64,000 bases of DNA from Acidobacteriota bacterium (GCA_965205505.1 CBDBHB010000007.1:544001-608000), one strand, 5' to 3'. Shown: positions 29,165 to 39,499, counted from the first letter of the stretch. The notes: generated by a model not told the origin, from the letters alone. Numbers and translations: made by a program.

Positions 29165-30904
29165 ATGCCGTTAGACAGGCTCCGCGGGAGGCTGCTCCGG
29201 ATTGCTTGGGCCGCAACCGCTGTCCTGGCCGCTGTCTCTGCCGTCGGCTGTAGCACCGGACGCTCGGCAGTGCAGGCCGACCTGCTGCTCTCCCACGGGA
29301 TAATCTACACGGTCGATGCGGAACGTTCCCGGGCCGAGGCCGTCGCCATCGCCGACGGCGCAATCGTCTACGTGGGCGACGCGGACGGCGCGGTGGCGCA
29401 TCAAGGTCGAGACACGCGGGTGATCGACCTCGGAGGGCGCCTGGTGCTCCCGGCGTTCCAGGATTGCCATATCCATCCCATCTCTGGCGGGATTGAGGCA
29501 CTCACGGTCAACCTGAACGGGTTGGGCACCGTTGAAGCGTACGCGCAGGCAATCGCGGCCTACGCGGAAGCTCATCCGGACGAGCCGTGGATTACCGGCG
29601 GCGGCTGGTCCGTATCCGTCTTCGGTCCAGGGGCGGTGGCTGGCAAGGAGATCATCGACGCCGTGGTGCCGGACCGTCCTGTGTACCTGTCATCTTCCGA
29701 CGGTCACACGGGCTGGGCCAACACCAAGGCGCTGGAGGCGGCGGGTATCACCGCCGACACTCCGGACCCGGTCAGTGGTCGCATCGATCGCGATCCAACC
29801 ACGGGCGAGGCGATCGGTAGCCTGCAAGAAGCCGCGATGGCTCTGGTCAGGGCCCACGTTCCGCCGACAGACCTCGACAGTCGCCTGGCGGGCCTGCGAT
29901 TCGCCGTCGACATGCTCAACGGATACGGCATCACATCAATCCAGGTTGCCTCAGCCCGGCGACCGAATCTGGAGGCATATCGAGAGCTCGATGAGCGCGG
30001 TGAGCTCACATTGCGCGTGGTCGCGTCCCTGCGGTGGGACCGCCAGCGGGGCGAAGAGCAGATCGAGGACATGCTGGAGTTGCGCGAGGAGTTCACGCGC
30101 GGGCGCGTCCGAGCGACGACCGTCAAGATCATGCAGGACGGCGTCATTGAGAACTTCACCGCCGCCTTGCTGGAACCGTACCTCCAGCAGGACGGCAACG
30201 GCAATCGCGGTTTTCCCATGGTGGACCCCGAGGCGCTCAAGAGCGCTGTCACCAACCTGGATCGAGAGGGGTTCCAAGTTCACTTCCATGCCATCGGTGA
30301 CGCCGCTACACGTCAATCGCTCGACGCGGTCGAGGCCGCACAGATGCAAAACGGGGATCTCGGGCATCGCCACCACATCTCGCACCTGGAACTGATTCAC
30401 CCCGACGACGTGCCTCGGTTTCAGCAGCTTCAGGTGATTGCCAACTTCCAGCCCCTATGGGCGGCTTCCAGCCCGCATATCACCGAGTTGACCATCCCGT
30501 ACCTGGGTCCCGAGCGAAGCCAGTGGCTTTATCCACTCGGCAGCGTGCTGGATACCGGAGCGATGCTGGCATTCGGAAGCGATTGGTCGGTGTCGACGGC
30601 CAACCCCTTCCCACAGATCGAAACGGCGCTAACGCGCCAGGGCGGCCAGGCCGAGGAACCGTTCCTGCCGGAGCAGCGCATCGACCTGGCTAGCGCCGTC
30701 GAGGCATTCACCATCAACGCCGCGTTCGTCAACGGCATCGAGGAGCAGACCGGATCGATTGAGGTCGGCAAGCTTGCCGACTTGATCGTCGTCGATCGCG
30801 ACGTCTTCGCGATCGATCCGCGTGACATCTCGGATACCCAGGTACTCCTCACCCTCATGGAAGGTGTGCCGGTTCACGGCGACCTCGAGGACCTGGAGCA
30901 GTGA
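29165..30904 (+). CDS. Amidohydrolase 3 family (YtcJ-like) lipoprotein
   Basis: 'AVGC' lipobox; 'FQDCHIH', 'KIMQDG', 'HAIGD', 'GSDW', 'GSIEVGKLAD'; paralog of 21879-23624. Confidence 0.9.
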   Translation: MPLDRLRGRLLRIAWAATAVLAAVSAVGCSTGRSAVQADLLLSHGIIYTVDAERSRAEAVAIADGAIVYVGDADGAVAHQGRDTRVIDLGGRLVLPAFQDCHIHPISGGIEALTVNLNGLGTVEAYAQAIAAYAEAHPDEPWITGGGWSVSVFGPGAVAGKEIIDAVVPDRPVYLSSSDGHTGWANTKALEAAGITADTPDPVSGRIDRDPTTGEAIGSLQEAAMALVRAHVPPTDLDSRLAGLRFAVDMLNGYGITSIQVASARRPNLEAYRELDERGELTLRVVASLRWDRQRGEEQIEDMLELREEFTRGRVRATTVKIMQDGVIENFTAALLEPYLQQDGNGNRGFPMVDPEALKSAVTNLDREGFQVHFHAIGDAATRQSLDAVEAAQMQNGDLGHRHHISHLELIHPDDVPRFQQLQVIANFQPLWAASSPHITELTIPYLGPERSQWLYPLGSVLDTGAMLAFGSDWSVSTANPFPQIETALTRQGGQAEEPFLPEQRIDLASAVEAFTINAAFVNGIEEQTGSIEVGKLADLIVVDRDVFAIDPRDISDTQVLLTLMEGVPVHGDLEDLEQ

Positions 30905-31054
30905 GAAGCGCTACGCGGCGGGCAGCAGCGGTCGACAGAATCGCGAATCCATGTTAGATAGCGCGCCTTTGCCGTTGGCCAGAGCTTATCGCGTGACCGA
31001 ACACCGGTTATCTGGGAAATTCCCGGGTCAAGACGCCAACCTGATAGGTGAGAA

Positions 31055-32539
31055 ATGAAGACCAGACCGGTGCGAGCGTTCATCTTCATGTGCCTGGCCT
31101 TGCTCACGGCTGTGATGGCGGTGTGGACGTCTCCGGCAGCCGCGCAGTGGGCACAAGCGCCGCCGCGCGAGGTCGTGATCACCGGCGGCTGGCTGTTCGA
31201 CGGCGTTGGCGACGCGCGCGTCCGCAACACTGGGATCGTCATCCGTGACGGCAAGTTCGTCGAGGTCGGCGCCGACCTCAGCGGCCGCTATTTTCCGGCC
31301 GCCCGGATGATCGAGCTCGATGACGGCGCCACGATCTTGCCCGGGATGATCGATTTGCACGGCCACCTCAACATGAACATGGTGGGCGTCGGGCGGGCCG
31401 AGGAGGTCACATACAACTCGATCATCTTCCTGGCCAACGGTGTCACCGCCACCTGGTCGGCGGGAGAGTTCTTTCCCGAGCGCGTCATCGAGGCGCGCGA
31501 CCGTATCGACCGCGGTGAGGCTATCGGTACCCGCCTCTTCGCTTCGGGGCCGTACTTCGGTGCCTTCCGGTGCGAATACCAGATCAAGACGGCGGAGGAC
31601 GACTGCATCGCGTGGCCAAACGACATTACCGAACAAGAGATTCGCGCCGAAGTGGACTACTGGGCGCAGCGCGGCGTACGCAGCATCAAGATCAAGCAGG
31701 CGACGCCCGAGGAGATGCGCATTCTCATCGACCAGGCGCATCGCCGGGGCATGACCACGACCAGTCACCTTGGTAACTACGCGGGGTCCTACGACGTCGA
31801 GCCCGATGAAGCCATCGCCATGGGACTGGACCGGATCGAGCACAGGATCACGAGCGGGAGGGGTGACGATCCGGCTGAGCTGGAGCGCATGATCAACCTC
31901 TTTCTCGAGGAGGGCGTGTATCTCGACTCCAACCTGCAGATGTACTCCCGCTATGACGGGGACCCCACCGGCCACCCGTCGCTCGACCTGGTGTGGGCGG
32001 ACGAATACGAGTTCTTCACGCCGTACGCGCAGCAGCGGATTCGTGCCCGAAAGGCGGCGTCCGGGGCCGAGCCGGGGAGCGAGCACGTCGTGTCGAGGAG
32101 TTCCCGCCGGCACATCGCCGAGCTCGGCGCCCTGTTCGAGTCGGGTGGCGGCGACCTCATCATCGTCGGCACCGACGAGCCGACCTCCGGTCCGTGGCTG
32201 CCAGGCTTCGCCTACCACCGTGAGCTCATGATCATGGTCTCTGCCGGGTTGCCCCCGGCGGCGGTGCTCAAGGCCGCAACCATCAACGGAGCGCGGGCGC
32301 TCGGGGTAGTCGACCGGCTCGGGTCGATCGAACCCGGCAAGCTCGCCGATCTGTACGTCGCTGAGGGCAACCCACTGGAGGATATCTCCACCGCGCGCAA
32401 CGTGCGCCTGGTGGTGAAGGCGGGGGTGGTCTACGACCCGGCGGAGCTGCTTGAGATGGCCAAGGGCAAGATCGGCCCCTCCGGACCGGATGACCACACT
32501 GCCTGGGAGCTCGTGGTCAAGCCGTTGCGACGCCGCTAG
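31055..32539 (+). CDS. Amidohydrolase family protein, exported
   Basis: Signal peptide; 'LPGMIDLHGH', 'GTD', 'AATINGA..LG...LGSIEPGKLADL'. Confidence 0.88.
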   Translation: MKTRPVRAFIFMCLALLTAVMAVWTSPAAAQWAQAPPREVVITGGWLFDGVGDARVRNTGIVIRDGKFVEVGADLSGRYFPAARMIELDDGATILPGMIDLHGHLNMNMVGVGRAEEVTYNSIIFLANGVTATWSAGEFFPERVIEARDRIDRGEAIGTRLFASGPYFGAFRCEYQIKTAEDDCIAWPNDITEQEIRAEVDYWAQRGVRSIKIKQATPEEMRILIDQAHRRGMTTTSHLGNYAGSYDVEPDEAIAMGLDRIEHRITSGRGDDPAELERMINLFLEEGVYLDSNLQMYSRYDGDPTGHPSLDLVWADEYEFFTPYAQQRIRARKAASGAEPGSEHVVSRSSRRHIAELGALFESGGGDLIIVGTDEPTSGPWLPGFAYHRELMIMVSAGLPPAAVLKAATINGARALGVVDRLGSIEPGKLADLYVAEGNPLEDISTARNVRLVVKAGVVYDPAELLEMAKGKIGPSGPDDHTAWELVVKPLRRR

Positions 32540-32569
32540 CTGGTCGTCGTTCGCATAGCCTTCCTCACC

Positions 32570-33961
32570 ATGAAACTCCGAACCTGGCGAAGTCCCCGCG
32601 GAGCACGGCGCATGATTCCTGTCTGTGCTCTCCTCCTTCTCATGATCGCGGGTAGTGCTGCAGTCCCCAGCACGACCCACAATCAAGCTGGCGTCACCCC
32701 CCTCACGGAAGGAAGCGATTGGCCGCGCTTCCTCGGACCGACCGACGACGGCAAGTCCCCGGAAACCGGGATTCTCACGGACTGGGGTGAGTCAGGTCCG
32801 CCGCTGGTTTGGGAGCACGTCGCTGGGGAGGGCTACGCCGGCGCGGTGGTGGCCGAGGGGCGGCTGTTCTTTTTCGATCACCACGATGGCCAGGCTCGGC
32901 TGGTTTGCCTGGATCCCGAGACCGGTGCCGAGGTGTGGAGGAGCGAGCACCCCTCCGTATACCAGGACTTCTACGGCTACAGTCGCGGCCCACGCACCGC
33001 GCCGGTGGTGGACGGCGAGCGAGTATTCACCTTTGGCGTCGAGGGCACGCTCCGCGCCCACCACGTGACCGACGGCCGCGTGCTCTGGGAGGTCGCTACC
33101 GCCGAGCGTTTCGGCGTCGTGCAGAACTTCTTCGGTGCGGGCAGCTCGCCGGTCGTCGAGGGCGATCTTCTGATCGCGATGGTGGGCGGTAGCCCGCCAG
33201 GCAGCGGCGGGATCCACTCGGGCCAGGTTGCGGGCAACGGCACGGGGATCGTTGCGTTCGACAAGGCGACCGGTGAAGTCCGCTATGCGCTCAGCGATGA
33301 GCTCGCCGGCTACGCCAGCCCCGTGATCACGACGATTGCCGACAGGCGCTGGGGCTTCGTGTTCGCCCGCGGAGGCCTCGTCGGCTTCGACCCGACCAAC
33401 GGGGCCATCGACTTCCACTTCCCGTGGCGGGCGCGCCCGCTGCAGAGCGTCAATGCCTCCAACCCGGTGGTCGTCGACGACACGGTGTTCATCACCGAAT
33501 CCTACGGCCGCGGCAGTGCGCTGCTGCGGGTCAAGCCCGGTGGCTACGAAGTCATCCGGCAGGACGGGCGGCGGAACCAGAGCCTGGCGACCCACTTCGG
33601 CAATGTCGTATCCCAGGATGGGATCCTGTACGGATCGCACGGCCGCCACTCCGGCGCGGCGGAGTTGCGCGCCGTCGACCACGCCACCGGCGAGATCAGG
33701 TGGAGCGAGCCCGACCTTCTATGGACGACTCTGCTCCACGTGGACGGACATCTCATAGTCCTGAGCGAGGACGGCCGCTTGCACCTGGTAGAGGTCACAC
33801 CGGAGGCCTACCGTGCCAAAGCGTCCGTCAAGCCGGCCCGGGCCGACGGGACCGCACTCCTGAGAATGCCCTCCTGGAGCCCGCCGGTACTGTCGCGCGG
33901 CCTCCTCTACCTGAGGGGAAGGGACAGGCTGATCGCGTTGGAGTTGATCCCCGGACGTTAG
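32570..33961 (+). CDS. PQQ-like (BamB-type) beta-propeller repeat protein
   Basis: 'DWPRFLGP..DG.S.E', 'GPR..P.VDG', repeated 'D..TG...W', 'P.L..G.LYLR'. Confidence 0.8.
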   Translation: MKLRTWRSPRGARRMIPVCALLLLMIAGSAAVPSTTHNQAGVTPLTEGSDWPRFLGPTDDGKSPETGILTDWGESGPPLVWEHVAGEGYAGAVVAEGRLFFFDHHDGQARLVCLDPETGAEVWRSEHPSVYQDFYGYSRGPRTAPVVDGERVFTFGVEGTLRAHHVTDGRVLWEVATAERFGVVQNFFGAGSSPVVEGDLLIAMVGGSPPGSGGIHSGQVAGNGTGIVAFDKATGEVRYALSDELAGYASPVITTIADRRWGFVFARGGLVGFDPTNGAIDFHFPWRARPLQSVNASNPVVVDDTVFITESYGRGSALLRVKPGGYEVIRQDGRRNQSLATHFGNVVSQDGILYGSHGRHSGAAELRAVDHATGEIRWSEPDLLWTTLLHVDGHLIVLSEDGRLHLVEVTPEAYRAKASVKPARADGTALLRMPSWSPPVLSRGLLYLRGRDRLIALELIPGR

Positions 33962-34044
33962 TCGTAGGCCATTCGATTCGTCCGCCGCTACGCTACGGTC
34001 GCACGCGGGTGCGGCGATGGAGATCCGTCTCGCGCAGTGATGCC

Positions 34045-34431
34045 TCAGGGTCCGGGCGGCTCGTAGAGCTCGAGTCCGGGCAAGTCGCTGAAGTCGGCGC
34101 GGTTCAAGGTCCACAGCGCTGCAGCCTGCACGAGAGCACATGCGGCAATGGCGAGATCGATCTCTCGGCCGCGAGGACGCGCTACCTCCGCGTAGAGCTC
34201 GGCCGCGAGCCCGGCCTCGCGTTCACCGAAGGCCGCTGCCTGTCGTCGCGGGAACAGCGCCTCTTGCGCCTCGAGCTCGGGGATCGTCCGTGGCCCCCGC
34301 AGCCACTCGAAAAGCACGAGCGAGGGGATCATGATCCGCTCGCCGGCCGCGATCGACCGTCGCAAAGCGCCAGCCGAGCGTCGCGGCCCGGTGAGCGCGT
34401 CGACGAGGACGGAGGTGTCCAGCGCGATCAA
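34045..34431 (-). CDS. vapC: PIN-domain toxin
   Basis: 'IALDTSVLVD', 'DLAIAACA', 'LWTLN..DF'. Confidence 0.9.
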   Translation of the reverse strand: MIALDTSVLVDALTGPRRSAGALRRSIAAGERIMIPSLVLFEWLRGPRTIPELEAQEALFPRRQAAAFGEREAGLAAELYAEVARPRGREIDLAIAACALVQAAALWTLNRADFSDLPGLELYEPPGP

Positions 34432-34724
34432 TGCTTGCTTCCACCACCGGAGCGCCGCCCGCCGACGCGACGCGATTCACGGATCGCGACGAGCTCGTCA
34501 TCCACCTCGCGGACCGGTCGCTCGGGGATCTTGCCGACCAGCTCGTCGAAGGTCTTCAGCATGCGCAATCGCTCGCCCTCGCTCAGCCGCCCGATGCGCT
34601 CGGCATAGTCGTTGATCGCCTCGCGAACCACCTGGCTCTTCGGCTTTCCCAGTCGCTCAGCCGCTTCTTCGAGGCGAGCAACCGTCGCCGCGTCAATGGT
34701 GTAGGTGACCTTACGTGTGCCCAT
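34428..34724 (-). CDS. vapB: Ribbon-helix-helix antitoxin
   Basis: 'KVTYTID....LE..A...G.PKS.VVREAI'; 4-bp overlap with the PIN gene. Confidence 0.85.
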   Translation of the reverse strand: MGTRKVTYTIDAATVARLEEAAERLGKPKSQVVREAINDYAERIGRLSEGERLRMLKTFDELVGKIPERPVREVDDELVAIRESRRVGGRRSGGGSKH

Positions 34725-34841
34725 ACTGATGCCATATTACCATAGTCCAGCACAACCAGACCGCCAGCATCCGTCAGAAAGGGGCCGAGCTGCGCCGCGG
34801 GGCGCAGTCCACAGCCTGCAATTAGCAGTTCTGCATACGGG

Positions 34842-34973
34842 TGATGCCGGCCGCCGGCCGGCGATTGCGTAGAGGATCCCTGGAGAAGACAGCGCACCTG
34901 TGATTGCATCCAGGCATCTTCACCTCACCGACGCGACTAGCTGAGTCGGCGGTGTCTATCTGGGACATTCCCG
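34842..34973 (+). repeat. ~130-bp degenerate upstream module (second copy 44356-44485)
   Basis: Shared AGGATCCCTGGA, TGTGATTG.ATC and TCGG.GGTG.CTATCT blocks in the same order. Confidence 0.6.
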
Positions 34974-34998
34974 CTGACGCATTGCGGAGGAACTGAAC

Positions 34999-36573
34999 AT
35001 GAGCGATCAGATATCAGCGCCGAGTCGTCGTTTCGGCACTCGTCGGACGCCATTCTTGTTTGTCTCTTTTCTCTTCCTCTCTCTTCCAATGTTCGCCGAA
35101 GCCCAAGGCAAGCCGAATATCCTCTACATAGTGGTCGACAACCAACCCGCCTCGATCCTCGGCGTTTATGGAAACCCGGATGTCAGGACGCCCAATATTG
35201 ATCGGCTAGCCAACGAAGGAATGCGTCTTACCCGTGCCTTTGCCGTACACGGTATGTGTTCTCCAACACGCGCAACACTGCTGACCGGGCTCCTACCTTC
35301 TCAACATGGCGTTCACGACTGGCTAGATGACGGAAAGATGGAGAATTGGCCCGAAGATTGGAATGCGATCAGAGAGTACAGAACATTGCCGTACACGTTG
35401 AGAACTCGAGGATATCAGACATCATTGATCGGCAAATGGCACCTAGGTCAGCCACGTCCGCCGGACGACTGGTTCGATTATTGGGTGACGTTCAATCTGG
35501 GCCATACCGTCGATTTCTGGTCCAATGAGATCAATGACAACACCAGAACGTACAGATTAGAGGATAAGCACAGCGTCGAGTTCTTTGCCGACAAAGCAGT
35601 CGCATACTTGGAGGACTATGATCACCAGAGGCCCTTCTTCCTGCTGGTTACCTTCAACGGTCCTTATCTGAACCCACCAACAAACCTCGGTCCCGCCAAG
35701 AACCCTCATTATGCGTACTACAAGGACGAAGAGTTTCCTTCGTTTCCTAGAAACAGGATCAACGACAGGATACTCGAGCGGTTAAGGCCACCGTACTCCG
35801 GGTGGTACGCCAGCTTGGCACGCATGCACAACGACCAAGCAACAATGGCTAATGTCGCGTCGCAAAACACGATGGTGGACGAAGGTGTCGGCCGTCTATT
35901 GGCAGCACTGAAGGAGAATCAACTCGAAGACGACACGTTAGTGATTTACACGAGTGATCAGGGGAATTTCTACGGACAACATGGCCTCTGGGGTCATACT
36001 GACTACGCTTTTCCGGCAGGTTTGTACGATACGCCAATGAACATACCGTTCATTGCTCGCTATCCAAGAACCATCAAGAAAGGGCAAGTGAGTGATCTGC
36101 TCGTTGGGCAATACGACCTCATGCCCACAATTCTTGATCTGGCTGGGTTTGCGGATGTGGAAATAGCTGACTCTCCTGGAAGGAGTTTCGCTGCCCACCT
36201 ACGAGGTAGGAAGCTCGAGGCGTGGGCCGACGCCGTGTATATGGATCAAGAGGCGACGCGTGCAATCAGAACCGATCGTTATTCATATTGGAAACGGCTG
36301 AAAGGTACGGGTGAGCACGAGCTCTACGATCTACAAGACGATCCTGAGCAGATGCACGATCTATACGGGAGTCCTGACCACGCCGAAGTAGTTGCGGAAC
36401 TGGATCGAAGACTCACGACATTCTTCAACGCCCATTCCGATGTTGAGTACGATCTTTGGCGAGGCGGAACCGTAAAGGGATCCACGGACTTCGCGCAGGC
36501 TTTCAAGTCGCTTTACGGTGACCAGTGGGAGGAACAGGCAGAAGTAAAACCCGCCTTTAGAGAGAAGGACTAG
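34999..36573 (+). CDS. Sulfatase (Cys-type), exported
   Basis: 'KPNIL', 'CSPTRA' (CxPxR), 'GKWHLG', 'TSDQG'; lower GC than flanks. Confidence 0.92.
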   Translation: MSDQISAPSRRFGTRRTPFLFVSFLFLSLPMFAEAQGKPNILYIVVDNQPASILGVYGNPDVRTPNIDRLANEGMRLTRAFAVHGMCSPTRATLLTGLLPSQHGVHDWLDDGKMENWPEDWNAIREYRTLPYTLRTRGYQTSLIGKWHLGQPRPPDDWFDYWVTFNLGHTVDFWSNEINDNTRTYRLEDKHSVEFFADKAVAYLEDYDHQRPFFLLVTFNGPYLNPPTNLGPAKNPHYAYYKDEEFPSFPRNRINDRILERLRPPYSGWYASLARMHNDQATMANVASQNTMVDEGVGRLLAALKENQLEDDTLVIYTSDQGNFYGQHGLWGHTDYAFPAGLYDTPMNIPFIARYPRTIKKGQVSDLLVGQYDLMPTILDLAGFADVEIADSPGRSFAAHLRGRKLEAWADAVYMDQEATRAIRTDRYSYWKRLKGTGEHELYDLQDDPEQMHDLYGSPDHAEVVAELDRRLTTFFNAHSDVEYDLWRGGTVKGSTDFAQAFKSLYGDQWEEQAEVKPAFREKD

Positions 36574-36848
36574 CAGGCCGTGGTGAAAGTGTGGTGGGTC
36601 TGGCGACAGGGTCTTGCGAGGCGCAGGCAAGGAGAGAGGAGGAGGCGATGGTTACCCCATCGTTGACGACGAACGACGTAGCATACGCGCGCAACCCCCT
36701 GTCGCCCGAATGGTTACGGCGACTTGGGGCCATCTGCGGCGTTGGCCTTCCTCGACGATCGCGGGAGCATCGCCAGCGTCAGGCCGCCTTGCATCTCGCC
36801 CCAACTCGTCGTAACCAGACCCACCACACTTTCACCACGGCCTGCTAG
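36570..36848. mobile_element. MITE family A, complete copy (inverted relative to 10507-10785)
   Basis: 34-bp inverted ends with CTAG; sits on the sulfatase stop codon. Confidence 0.9.
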
Positions 36849-37046
36849 CGTCGTCCCATCAAGACCATCAGCCACCTTCAACCCCCATGCGCTGGAGGTG
36901 ACGCTCGCCGATGAACATGGTGGTGCCCAATCGGGGCTCGTTGGTTCCTCGCGGGGACAATCCTACGCATATTTCGGGACCAACATCGCCGGCACCGGAT
37001 CAGCGCCCGGTCTAGCGGTTGGCTCTCCCCGGCCCGCCTGAGCGTT

Positions 37047-38963
37047 TCAACCCAATTCCCTCACTGCTCTCCATGCCTGATCCATTGCAACGTTCACATA
37101 AGAACTAGGCGCAGAGTCAATGTTGGCAATGGTGATTCGGCCAAAGGGTTGCCGCCCCATTCGTGCCATTTCTGGCATTTCCGGGTCATAGAGTGCATAG
37201 CCATTGTGGGCGTAGCCATGCGCCCAACGATTTACCGAAATACTCTCAACATCTCTGTCGAACTCAAATAGGTTCCTTGGGAGCATGCCACTCAGGTGTT
37301 CCCTGACTTCGGTTTCGTAATCGTCGAACTCCAACGCCAGCATTCTGTGTCTTGCTTCGCGGAACTGATCGACGGGAGGTGCGCCAACGGTTTCTCCAAC
37401 TGGAACACTCGTCATGAAGATGGTACAGGGGTCGTCCGGCGTGCTGGTGAAGTCATAGCCACCCATGCTAATCGGATAGTCCATTCCCACCACTTGATGC
37501 ATGTTTCCGGGTGACATGGCCATTCCGATCCCCATCTCTTTCATTGCTCTCCAGTTCCTCAACCCGACAGTCGTGATCTGTATGGGGAGCTTCACGAGAC
37601 GCTTCAAGGCGGCTGCCTGATCGGCTGGAAGATCGGGGACCAGATAGGGAATCATCATGTTGTAACAGGCCATTACGACAGCTCTGCCTGTTACTTGATA
37701 GGACTTGTTGTCATTGATGTAGGTGACGGTTACTTCACTCGAGCTGTCGGGATCGCCGCGATGGACCGCGTTGACGACCGTACTGTTCAATCTGATTCGT
37801 ACGGCGTTGCTGGCTTTGTCTAGCTCGTCATACTGGAATCTCGACAGCACGATGTCGTCAGCGTTGTTCCCTGGTCCGACGCCGGGAATCATCTTCCGTA
37901 CCAGCAGGCGTGCAATGGATGCATTCCCGTCGGGAAAGTGATGTATGTACGGGGCGCCCTCGTCATATAGGTACCCATCGCTCTCTATGTAGTTTCCATA
38001 TTCCTCTTCCTCCATTACATCTTCGAGCGACGACGGATCCAGACCCATGGCCCCAGATTCCAGCGCTTCCGATATGGTCATGACGTCCCCACCCGCCCCG
38101 TCGACATCGACAACGGAATGTCTGGCCATCCGTAGGACCCCGGGATCGTCGACACCCAGGGTGGTCTGGAGATAATCGAAGTAGGAATGGGTGGAGATGT
38201 AGTCCTGCAATTCCTCTTGGGGCACCGGCAATACGTGTAGGCCACCCTTGAGGACGGTGAGCAATTGTTCCTTGCCTTTCTCGCTCAAAGGAGCTTGTTG
38301 TACAGCCTCTTCATGGGCCAGTTCTGGCAGCTTGAGCCCTGCGACAAACGATGGGTAGCCACAATAGGGATGCTTTACGACCTTGTCTTCGCCAAAGGTC
38401 TTCTTGTTGAAATAGCTAACGGGCCCCAAGTCGTGTCGCTTGAAGAAGTCGAAGTCATAGGCGGTGTTGAATCGATCCAGGTCTACGCGTAGGTCGTCTA
38501 GCAGTCCTTTCGCAACGTCACTGTATGCATGTGGACTCTCTAAGCTCTCCGATCCACCGCGGATGAGTCTCGTGTCACCCCCAACTGTGTGTTCATTTCT
38601 TCTGGCGTGGCCACCGAAATCATCGTGATTGTCGAGTACAAGTACCTTCTTGTTTCGTCCGTGAACTTGTTGATAGAAATAGGCAGCCGACAGCCCGCTG
38701 ATGCCGCCGCCTACGACAACCAGGTCGTACTCTTCTTTCAAGTTGGTGGTTGGGCCCCAATCGGATTTACCGTCGAATGCTCTGGCATGAGCGTGGGTGT
38801 TCGATCCGGGTTGACTACCCCTCAAGCCTGTTAGCGCTGGTGGGTAATACGATGGCTGGAGGGCGGCCAGAACAGAGTCCTCCTTGCCTCCGAACGGGAA
38901 CATCGATGCTCCTGCCACCACTAGAGCTCCGTTGATGAAATCCCTTCTCAGAATCTTGCTCAT
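37047..38963 (-). CDS. Spermidine dehydrogenase-like FAD oxidoreductase, Tat signal
   Basis: 'RRDFING', 'YYPPALTGLRGS', 'VVGGGISGL', 'LDNHDDFGGHARRNE', 'HFPDGNASIARL', 'VNRWAHGYA'. Confidence 0.82.
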   Translation of the reverse strand: MSKILRRDFINGALVVAGASMFPFGGKEDSVLAALQPSYYPPALTGLRGSQPGSNTHAHARAFDGKSDWGPTTNLKEEYDLVVVGGGISGLSAAYFYQQVHGRNKKVLVLDNHDDFGGHARRNEHTVGGDTRLIRGGSESLESPHAYSDVAKGLLDDLRVDLDRFNTAYDFDFFKRHDLGPVSYFNKKTFGEDKVVKHPYCGYPSFVAGLKLPELAHEEAVQQAPLSEKGKEQLLTVLKGGLHVLPVPQEELQDYISTHSYFDYLQTTLGVDDPGVLRMARHSVVDVDGAGGDVMTISEALESGAMGLDPSSLEDVMEEEEYGNYIESDGYLYDEGAPYIHHFPDGNASIARLLVRKMIPGVGPGNNADDIVLSRFQYDELDKASNAVRIRLNSTVVNAVHRGDPDSSSEVTVTYINDNKSYQVTGRAVVMACYNMMIPYLVPDLPADQAAALKRLVKLPIQITTVGLRNWRAMKEMGIGMAMSPGNMHQVVGMDYPISMGGYDFTSTPDDPCTIFMTSVPVGETVGAPPVDQFREARHRMLALEFDDYETEVREHLSGMLPRNLFEFDRDVESISVNRWAHGYAHNGYALYDPEMPEMARMGRQPFGRITIANIDSAPSSYVNVAMDQAWRAVRELG

Positions 38964-39072
38964 CGGTGTTGTTCCTTTCCTGGAAACCTGACGGGACTAC
39001 GATCGTCGTCTGGAAGAATCACGTGTCGGGTTAGTTTCGCGCCAGCCGCCCGGCGTCTCTGGCGAGCTGGGT

Positions 39073-39141
39073 CCCATGGCGCTACCACAGAGGAGTGGAT
39101 GGGCGCCTGAAGTCTATCGCCGCGACGGCCGGGGATCCACG
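39073..39141 (-). repeat. ~65-bp intergenic motif, copy 3
   Basis: Aligns with 16363-16428. Confidence 0.6.
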
Positions 39142-39190
39142 CTGGCGGAACGACCAGCTAGGTCAGCTCCTGCGCCGGAGCTACCCCGAC

Positions 39191-39453
39191 TTCTTGCTAA
39201 ACTGCGGACACAGTTTGGGCACAATCGGCACGGCAAAATCCACCGTGCGGCTCGTAAGTACCCATGAATAAAGGGAGCGCCCGTAGCTCAGCTGGATAGA
39301 GCAGCGGACTTCTAAGTCACTTCACTCGACCGGGCGCGTCTTGTTTCTATTTGTATCCAGTTGCATCCATTCGACTTGTGCCCGATGGAAAGTGACTGCG
39401 AGTTGTTTCTATTTGTATCTGGTTGGACATAGATTGGCAGGAATTTGGCAAGG
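39191..39453 (+). repeat. att-like junction B: left arm, tRNA-Arg 5' half (39277-39315), right arm
   Basis: 38/39 identity to tRNA 55173-55211; right arm has TTGTTTCTATTTGTATC twice (39341, 39403), TTGTGCCCG and TTGGCA repeated at 11-bp period. Confidence 0.92.
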
Positions 39454-39499
39454 TCGGAGCTGATGGCGTGGCGCGTCGACCGAGACTTGGCCCAGGACG

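Larger units (their letters stand above)
28086..39315. mobile_element. Putative integrase-less island/cassette between junctions A and B
   Basis: Bounded by tRNA 5'-half repeats; cargo only, no recombinase ORF. Confidence 0.6.

Noticed and set aside
4588-36848. Small ORFs inside or starting in MITEs (4588, 10507, 27761, 36591)
   Set aside because: They arise from the repeat sequence itself and show no transposase motifs.
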